This document shows positions 57,432 to 64,000 of a stretch of 64,000 bases of DNA, in pieces. The DNA is taken from NCBI GenBank assembly GCA_964649615.1, contig CAZYPW010000003.1:30132-94131 (forward strand), read 5' to 3'. The notes beneath the pieces are model-generated. The model was not told the origin of the DNA, ran no database searches, and saw only the letters and a list, made by a program, of their open reading frames with translations. This DNA is from an uncultured Gammaproteobacteria bacterium (GTDB taxonomy: Bacteria > Patescibacteriota > Microgenomatia > Daviesbacterales > UBA10151). The position numbers and the translations under genes were made by a program. Position 1 is the first letter of the stretch. Each line of letters begins with the position of its first letter.

Positions 57432-59047
57432 AAGCAGGGATCTTGCTACCCTTAACAAGGTTTTTTAGTAAAAACTATTTATTTTTCCTAATTTGTTTAT
57501 TGTTTCTTTTAACCAGACTTTTTATGATTTCCGGAATTCCCCCTTCTGTTTATTGGGATGAGGCATCGATAGGATATAATGCGTATTCAATTTTACAAAC
57601 TGGAAAAGATGAATGGGGTGAATTTATGCCCATCCACTTTCGGGCTTTTGGCGAATTTAAGTTGCCTGTTTATATTTATTCAGTAGCAATATTTGAGAAG
57701 ATTTTTGGGTTAAATGAATTGTCAATTCGATTGCCCGCAGTGTTTTTTTCCTTAGCCACTGTAGTTTTAACTTATTTAATAGCTTTAAAATTAATTAACA
57801 AGCAGGCTGCTCTTTTCAGTGCTTTCTTTATGAGCATTTCTCCTTGGTTTTTTATATTTAGTAGAGTTGGTTATGAAATTTCGGCTGGTTTAGCATTCTA
57901 TCTATTAGCAGTTTACTTATTTTTGTACGCATTTAAAAAAAAATATCTATTTATAATAACCACTCTTAGTTTGATCTTAAGCCTATATAGCTATAACAGT
58001 TTTAGGATAATATCAACAGTAACCTTTATAATTTTTATTATAATGCTGCTTCGAAAAAATATTAAAGGCTTCATATTAATTGCATTAATAGCTACTTTAA
58101 TTTTTTTGTCTAGCATGATTCCCATAATTAAGCTATTTATATACGATGCTGGTTTTGGTAGAGCCCAAGCTTTTACTTTATTTCCCACCATACAGCAGGT
58201 TTATGATCTTTCAGGAAAACCCCGCCTTCAATTAATTTTTGACAGGTCACAATCTACTGACTGGAGTAAAAATGTGATGATGATTTTTAAAAACTATCTT
58301 TCTCATTTTAGCCCCCCTTTTCTTTTATTTGAGGGTGATTCTAATCCAAGAAACCAACAGCCTGGGTTTGGTCAAATTTATATTCTGGACCTGATCCTAA
58401 TTATATTTGGAATTTTGTATATTAAATCCTTAAAAAACAAATGGATAAGCTTAATAGTTTTATTGTTACTTTTGGGGTTTATCCCAGCCAGTCTTTTTAA
58501 GGAATCTCCCCATTCTCTGCGTTCTCTTCCGGCACTTCCTTTTCTGATATTAATTATCAGCTGTGGCGCAACTTATTTATCCACTAAATATGCTAAATTG
58601 CCATACATAATAATTACTATCTATAGTGTATTATTTATAGTTTATTTTCAACATTTTATAGGCAGTTATTCCAAAGATACCTCACAGGATTGGCAATATG
58701 GCTATAAAGCTCTTTTTGATGAATATAAAGATAAATTTAAAGATTATGAAAAAGTTGTGATTTCTGATGACTATGCCCAGCCTTATATATTTGTGTTGTA
58801 CTATTTAAAATACCAGCCTAATTCTTATCTAGCTTCTGTTGGATATAACAGCGTGCAGGATTGGGGATTTTCTAAGGTAGAGAAATTTGGTAAGTTTGAA
58901 TTTCAAAAAGAGGAGAATTTAAAAATCTCAAATATGGGTAAAACTTTATTATTTACTACCAAAGATCAAACGGAGTTTTCTAAAGATTTAAAATCAACAG
59001 TAAAATTTCTGGATGATGAAGTTGCTTTTTGGGTATATGAGTTATGA
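57428..59047 (+). CDS. GT39/ArnT-like GT-C glycosyltransferase, array member 5
   Basis: GIPPSVYWDEASIGYNAYSILQTGKDEWGEFMPIHF...SIRLPAVFFS. Closest paralog of member 4. Confidence 0.75.
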   Translation: MKAGILLPLTRFFSKNYLFFLICLLFLLTRLFMISGIPPSVYWDEASIGYNAYSILQTGKDEWGEFMPIHFRAFGEFKLPVYIYSVAIFEKIFGLNELSIRLPAVFFSLATVVLTYLIALKLINKQAALFSAFFMSISPWFFIFSRVGYEISAGLAFYLLAVYLFLYAFKKKYLFIITTLSLILSLYSYNSFRIISTVTFIIFIIMLLRKNIKGFILIALIATLIFLSSMIPIIKLFIYDAGFGRAQAFTLFPTIQQVYDLSGKPRLQLIFDRSQSTDWSKNVMMIFKNYLSHFSPPFLLFEGDSNPRNQQPGFGQIYILDLILIIFGILYIKSLKNKWISLIVLLLLLGFIPASLFKESPHSLRSLPALPFLILIISCGATYLSTKYAKLPYIIITIYSVLFIVYFQHFIGSYSKDTSQDWQYGYKALFDEYKDKFKDYEKVVISDDYAQPYIFVLYYLKYQPNSYLASVGYNSVQDWGFSKVEKFGKFEFQKEENLKISNMGKTLLFTTKDQTEFSKDLKSTVKFLDDEVAFWVYEL

Positions 59048-60639
59048 TAAATTTAACCAAGATAATACTAATTATAATAATACTTCTAAGCTTTTTCCTA
59101 AGAGTATATAAATTAGACCAAGTCCCCCCTTCTTTATCTTGGGATGAGGCTGCTGTTGGATATAACGGCTGGACCATTGCAAATTATGGACAAGATGAAT
59201 ATGGAAAATTCTTACCATTTTATTTTAGATCATTTAGAGATGATAAACATCCAGTTCATATTTATGCAACTGCCTTCTCTACCAAAATTCTGGGACTAAA
59301 TGAATTTAGTACCCGCTTACCATCGAGCTTATTTGGAGTATTTAATGTTTTATTAATTTATTTTTTAGCAAAGATTCTTTTTAAAAAAGAGATTATTGGT
59401 TTAGCTGCTGCATTATTTTTAGCAATTTCTCCTTATAATTTACACTTTTCTCATTTTAATCATGAGGTTAATTTTGCCCTCTTTTTCTTTTTATTGGCCT
59501 TAATAATGTTTTACTTATCTTTAACAAAATTTAAGATACTGCTACCAATATCACTTTTAAGTTTTATTATTTGTTTTATAACATATCATCCATCAAAGAT
59601 TCTTGTTCCTATAACATTGTTAACCCTTTTGATTTTATATTTTAAAAATATTCTGAAAAATAGAAAAGGCTTGATAGCTTGTTTGCTGATACTTTTTGTG
59701 TTCTCTTTTATTATCAAAACTAACCCCGAGCTTTTAGGTATAGCCCGTGCATCCCAGAATTCTTTAAGCAGGGAAAAGATTGAAAAAACAAAGTTATTTC
59801 AATTAACAGGTAATGATTTATTAGGAACAGCAAATCTTGTTATAACTCAATATTTCTGGCACTTTTCCCCTAAATATTTGTTCATCCAAGGAGATGAAAA
59901 ACCAAGGCTTTCCTCACAAACAGGTGAGTTTTATCAGATTGATTTAATACTGATTTTAGCAGGAGTTTTATATTTATTTTTTCAAAAATCAAAAGAAGGA
60001 GTGGTCCTGCTTATTTGGTTATTTACTGCTCCACTGCCCTCTAGTTTGGTGAGCGAGGCTCCCCATGCAGCACGCGCCATGTATATGATGGGTAGCTGGC
60101 ATATAATTTCTGCAATAGGGTTTTATTTTATTGTTAACTTATTTAGAAAACTACTAATTAAAGCTTTTGTAATAGTACTAATTACTTTTATTTTAGGTAT
60201 ATCTTTATATAGTTACTTAAATTATTACCACAGCGAATATTCAAAAAGATATGCCATTGAGTGGCAATACGGCATGAAGCAAATTGTTGAGTTTACTAAA
60301 GAACACAAAGAGTATAATTTGGTTTTTATGACTGATATACGCTCTCAACCTTATATTTTTTTCTTATATTATCTTAAAACTCCTTTGCCTGAGTATTTGG
60401 ATAGTGTTATCTACAATAATAATATAGATAATAGGAGCTATAATAATGTGGCCAGTTTTAATGAATTTTCTTTTGGCGGATGGGACCCAACTGAAAGCTT
60501 ACCTAAGGAGGGGGTATTATATGTTGTTAGTCCCAGCCAGTATGATGGATTAAGGTACAAACCATTATTTGATGTTAAGAAGATAATATATTATCCAAAT
60601 GAAACAGAGGCTTTTTACTTAATTAGCATAAAGAAATAA
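59044..60639 (+). CDS. GT39/ArnT-like GT-C glycosyltransferase, array member 6
   Basis: QVPPSLSWDEAAVGYNGWTIANYGQDEYGKFLPFYF...STRLPSSLFG. Confidence 0.7.
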   Translation: MINLTKIILIIIILLSFFLRVYKLDQVPPSLSWDEAAVGYNGWTIANYGQDEYGKFLPFYFRSFRDDKHPVHIYATAFSTKILGLNEFSTRLPSSLFGVFNVLLIYFLAKILFKKEIIGLAAALFLAISPYNLHFSHFNHEVNFALFFFLLALIMFYLSLTKFKILLPISLLSFIICFITYHPSKILVPITLLTLLILYFKNILKNRKGLIACLLILFVFSFIIKTNPELLGIARASQNSLSREKIEKTKLFQLTGNDLLGTANLVITQYFWHFSPKYLFIQGDEKPRLSSQTGEFYQIDLILILAGVLYLFFQKSKEGVVLLIWLFTAPLPSSLVSEAPHAARAMYMMGSWHIISAIGFYFIVNLFRKLLIKAFVIVLITFILGISLYSYLNYYHSEYSKRYAIEWQYGMKQIVEFTKEHKEYNLVFMTDIRSQPYIFFLYYLKTPLPEYLDSVIYNNNIDNRSYNNVASFNEFSFGGWDPTESLPKEGVLYVVSPSQYDGLRYKPLFDVKKIIYYPNETEAFYLISIKK

Positions 60640-60641
60640 AT

Positions 60642-61415
60642 ATGAATCAAAGAGTATCAGTAGTTTTAGCTGTTTTTAATGAAGAGGAAAATTTGAAAGC
60701 TTGTCTTGATTCAGTAAAAGATTTAGCTTGGGAGATTGTGGTAGTAGATGGCGGATCTACTGATAAAACTCTTGAGATTGCAAAAAAATATAACGCTAAA
60801 ATAATTCAAACGACTAACCCTAAAAATTTTCACATAAATAAGAATAAAGCTATAGATAAAGCAATAGAAGATTGGGTTTTACAACTTGATGCAGACGAAG
60901 TAGTGACAGAAGAATTAAAAGAAGAAATCAAAGAAAAGATTGCAAACTCACAAATGAGTGGTTATTGGATTCCAAGAAAGAATTACTTTCTGGATAGATT
61001 TTTAACTAAAGGCGGACAGTACCCTGATTATACTTTAAGACTTTATCGTAGAGGTAAGGGGAGGTTGCCCGCAAAGGATGTACATGAGCAAGCTGAGGTT
61101 GAAGGCAAGATAGAGTATCTAAAGCACGACCTCTTACATATAAGAGATAAAAGCTTTGCTACTTATATACAAAGATTTAATAGATATACAAATCTACTTG
61201 CGCAGCAATTAGAAGATGCAAAAGTTAAAATATATATAATTTCTTTTCTAAATTATATATTAATTATGCCTCTTTTCTGGTTTATTAAAGTCTATTTCCG
61301 CCACAGAGGATATAGTGACGGTTTTTCAGGTTTTGTTTTTGCCCTTTTTTCATCATTAAGATTTTCTATAGCCTATATAAAATTATGGAGTAAATACAAA
61401 AAAGGAGACTTATGA
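60642..61415 (+). CDS. GT2 glycosyltransferase (paralog of 46203 and 47109 genes)
   Basis: VSVVLAVFNEEENLKACLDSV...VVDGGSTDKT...QLDADE. C-term ...IAYIKLW. Confidence 0.75.
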   Translation: MNQRVSVVLAVFNEEENLKACLDSVKDLAWEIVVVDGGSTDKTLEIAKKYNAKIIQTTNPKNFHINKNKAIDKAIEDWVLQLDADEVVTEELKEEIKEKIANSQMSGYWIPRKNYFLDRFLTKGGQYPDYTLRLYRRGKGRLPAKDVHEQAEVEGKIEYLKHDLLHIRDKSFATYIQRFNRYTNLLAQQLEDAKVKIYIISFLNYILIMPLFWFIKVYFRHRGYSDGFSGFVFALFSSLRFSIAYIKLWSKYKKGDL

Positions 61416-62485
61416 AGGTAGGGATTAATACAATACCGTTAAAAACAGCCCATAAATTAAGAGGCGTAGGCTACTATACCCAAAATCTTATCTTATCTTT
61501 AAGGAAAGACCCAAGACTTGAAGTAGTTGAGTTTACAGATTTATCTAAACTAAACAATGTAGATTTAGTGCATTATCCTTGGTTTGATTTTTATTTTCAT
61601 ACCTTGCCAATTAGGAAAAAATTTAAATCTGTGGTAACTATTCATGATACTATTCCTTTAGTTTTTCCTGAGCATTATCCAGTAGGATTAAAAGGAAAGA
61701 TAAATTTTATTTTACAAAAAATATCTTTAAAGAATATCCAAGCAGTAATTACGGATTCAAATTGCTCAAAAAATGATATTATAAAATTTTTAAAATTAAA
61801 GGAAAGCAAAATTTTTTCTATCCCTATTGCTGCTGAAGAAAATTTTAAAATCCTGGATAATATTAAATTAATAAAAGCAAAAAGAAGGCTTAATTTACCA
61901 AACCAATATTTATTATATGTAGGTGATGCTAACTGGGTGAAGAATTTACCCCTTTTGATAGATGGATTCTCCAAAATAATTAAAAAAAATAACTTTAATG
62001 ATTTGAAACTTATATTGGTTGGAGGAGTTTTTTTAAAAAAAGTTGAAAATATTGATCATCCAGAACTGGAAAGTTTAAAAAGAGTAAATAGATTAATTAA
62101 AGAATTAGATTTAGAAGATAAAATTATAAGATGTGGAAATGTGGAGAAAGAAGACTTAGTTGCTATATATAACTTGGCAACAATATATATACAACCATCA
62201 ATTTATGAGGGTTTTGGGCTGCCTGTCCTTGAGGCTTTATCCTGTGGTACTCCAGTGGTATGTTCTAATGGGGGAAGTTTGAAAGAGGTTGGAGGTAATT
62301 CGGTAGTTTATTTTGATCCTAAAAATCTATCGCAGTTTGTAAGTGCATTAGAGCAAGTTTTAAAGGATAAGTCAGTACAAAATAAACTAGCAACATTAGC
62401 TCTTAAGAGAGCATCGCAATTTTCTTGGGATAAAGTAGCCCAGCAGACCAAAAATGTCTACAGCAAGGTATTAAATGAGAAATAA
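61412..62485 (+). CDS. GT4 (group 1) glycosyltransferase
   Basis: EGFGLPVLEALSCGTPVVCSNGGSLKEV. 357 aa. Confidence 0.75.
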   Translation: MKVGINTIPLKTAHKLRGVGYYTQNLILSLRKDPRLEVVEFTDLSKLNNVDLVHYPWFDFYFHTLPIRKKFKSVVTIHDTIPLVFPEHYPVGLKGKINFILQKISLKNIQAVITDSNCSKNDIIKFLKLKESKIFSIPIAAEENFKILDNIKLIKAKRRLNLPNQYLLYVGDANWVKNLPLLIDGFSKIIKKNNFNDLKLILVGGVFLKKVENIDHPELESLKRVNRLIKELDLEDKIIRCGNVEKEDLVAIYNLATIYIQPSIYEGFGLPVLEALSCGTPVVCSNGGSLKEVGGNSVVYFDPKNLSQFVSALEQVLKDKSVQNKLATLALKRASQFSWDKVAQQTKNVYSKVLNEK

Positions 62486-63641
62486 ATTACTAACCATAAA
62501 TCCAGATTATCTAAAGATCGGACTTCTTTTTATTATATGGAAATCAATTCTTCTGATAGTCTTGTTTCTGTCAATTAGGTTTATCCCCTTAGGTTATACA
62601 GATCGATTCCTAGGTGGGGGGCCAATTTTATTTCATGTTGCCCCAGAGCTTTTTTCCTGGGCAAATTTTGATGGTGAACATTACCTGTCTATCTCCATAT
62701 TTGGATATAAATATTTAGAGCAAGCTTTTTTCCCGACTTTTCCATTTCTTATATCCCTTTTTGCAAAACCTTTTTCTTCGGATTTTGTGTCTCTTTTAGT
62801 TAATTCAGTAGTAGCAGGCCTTATGATCTCAAATATTTCTTTTTTATTATCCTTGATTGTTTTGTATAAGCTTATAACTTTGGATTATCATAAAAAAATT
62901 GCTTTTCTGACAATAATTATAATTCTTGTGTTTCCTGCATCCTTTTATTTTGGTTCCTTATATAATGAATCACTTTTTTTGCTTTTATCCCTTCTTTCTT
63001 TTTATAGCGCCAGAAAAGGTAAATGGTTTTTAGCATCAATTTTTGGAATTATTGCTTCTGCCACTAGAGTATTCGGTTTTTTGCTTTTGCCCGCGCTACT
63101 TTTAGAAGTATTAAATAAAAAGGCGGAATTTAAGAAATGGTTTTGGATTTTATTTATTCCCTTAGGTTTAGCATCCTATATGTTTTATCAACATATAAAT
63201 TTCGGTGATCCGTTGGCATTTTATAATCTACAAACAGTCGTAGGAGAGCAGCATCAACGCGGTATTATTTTGTTACCTCAAGTTTATTATAGATATATCA
63301 AGATGCTGCTTACAGTTGATATGACAAACCCGATATATCAAACAATTGTCTTGGAGTTCTTTATTGGGATATTATTTCTTATCTTACCCATAATAGGTTT
63401 TTTCCAAAAAGTAAGATTTTCCTATTTATTTTATGCATTAGTGGGATTTTTAATGCCTACTGTTCAAGGAAGTTTTTCTTCTATTCCTAGGTATGTTATC
63501 ATTTTTTTCCCAAGTTTTTTAATTTTGTCTTTACTTTTAGTAAAGATTAATATAATTTTAAGGGGAATAATTATTACACTTCTCTCAGTCTTCCTTATAA
63601 TAGAGGCAATGTTATTTTTCAGAGGATATTGGGTAGCATGA
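62475..63641 (+). CDS. Polytopic membrane protein, putative GT-C mannosyltransferase (PIG-V/GT76- or DUF2029-like)
   Basis: WANFDGEHYLSISIFGYKYLEQAFFPTFPFL resembles the PIG-V-type first loop. About 10 TM. Confidence 0.4.
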   Translation: MRNKLLTINPDYLKIGLLFIIWKSILLIVLFLSIRFIPLGYTDRFLGGGPILFHVAPELFSWANFDGEHYLSISIFGYKYLEQAFFPTFPFLISLFAKPFSSDFVSLLVNSVVAGLMISNISFLLSLIVLYKLITLDYHKKIAFLTIIIILVFPASFYFGSLYNESLFLLLSLLSFYSARKGKWFLASIFGIIASATRVFGFLLLPALLLEVLNKKAEFKKWFWILFIPLGLASYMFYQHINFGDPLAFYNLQTVVGEQHQRGIILLPQVYYRYIKMLLTVDMTNPIYQTIVLEFFIGILFLILPIIGFFQKVRFSYLFYALVGFLMPTVQGSFSSIPRYVIIFFPSFLILSLLLVKINIILRGIIITLLSVFLIIEAMLFFRGYWVA

Positions 63642-64000
63642 AAAAATATTTAAAAGAAGTTATCAGGCACCCGCTCTTTTCAGGCAGTGCCATAATGGTT
63701 TTAGGAAGTAATAGCGTTAATGCTCTTAATTATTTATACCATTTAATAATGGGTAGATTATTAGGTCCTGCAAATTATGGAGAGTTAGCAGCACTTCTTT
63801 CAATTATTGGATTAATAGGGATAATTCCTGGATCAATAAATTTAGTATTTATAAAGTATATTTCAGCTACTAAAACAGAAGAAAGATTAATTAATTTAGT
63901 TAATTGGTTAAAAAAGAGACTTTTTAAAGCATCCTTAATTTTTTCTCTGATTATCGTAATAGCCTCACCTTCTATTGCTTCATTTTTACACATAGAGAAA
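63638..64000 (+). CDS. Partial (3'-truncated by window) Wzx-like flippase / polysaccharide biosynthesis protein
   Basis: ATG at 63638 overlaps the previous stop (ATGA). MKKYLKEVIRHPLFSGSAIMVLGSNSVNALNYLYHLIMGRLLGPANYGELAALLSI is the typical MOP-flippase N-terminus. Runs off window end. Confidence 0.5.
   Translation, partial: MKKYLKEVIRHPLFSGSAIMVLGSNSVNALNYLYHLIMGRLLGPANYGELAALLSIIGLIGIIPGSINLVFIKYISATKTEERLINLVNWLKKRLFKASLIFSLIIVIASPSIASFLHIEK

Noticed and set aside
1-64000. CRISPR arrays, integrases/transposases, rRNA genes
   Set aside because: No regularly spaced direct repeats, no recombinase/transposase-like ORFs and no rRNA-like conserved stretches were seen anywhere in the window.

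Overview
This is an AT-rich (~1/3 GC), tightly packed bacterial window with many 1-4 bp start/stop overlaps. It uses the standard genetic code: TGA acts as a stop and an RF2 (prfB) gene is present. Gene content and style suggest a Patescibacteria/CPR-like genome, but that is inference only.

Layout:
- 0-21 kb: housekeeping and envelope genes. These are a partial cofE-like gene, galE, two GT-C membrane proteins, tsaE, an LTD-domain S/T/P-rich surface protein, envC-like M23 peptidase-ftsX-ftsE, prfB, an asparaginase-like gene, a minimal tsaB, a CAP-domain protein, rmlA-rmlB-rmlC, gmd and three polyprenyl-phosphate-sugar-synthase-like GT2 genes.
- ~21.3-27.0 kb: a CpG-richer, probably horizontally acquired island. 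It carries a triple zinc-ribbon protein, then a LexA-like repressor whose promoter carries a perfect 8-N6-8 palindrome. The repressor gene is translationally coupled (ATGA overlap) to a type IIB/BcgI-like restriction-modification A subunit (nuclease+N6-MTase fusion). Downstream follow an embedded NYN-nuclease-domain gene, an HsdS-like specificity subunit and a thioredoxin-fold gene. This repressor-RM-NYN module is the most unusual candidate system in the window.
- 27-64 kb: an extraordinary glycosylation locus. It contains about 18 more polytopic GT-C-like membrane proteins (about 21 in the whole window). These include several GT39/ArnT/PMT-like genes in tandem arrays, four tandem paralogs of an uncharacterised family with a CRWVPD motif, a YfhO homolog and two HDGxWHLSL-motif paralogs. 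GT2 and GT4 transferases, a SAM methyltransferase and Wzx-type flippases are also present.
- Other signals: G/C homopolymer tracts (G9, C8, C7) inside envelope genes, candidate phase-variation sites.
- Two intergenic regions (10.2-10.6 kb and 55.62-55.78 kb) are packed with perfect palindromes and hairpins.
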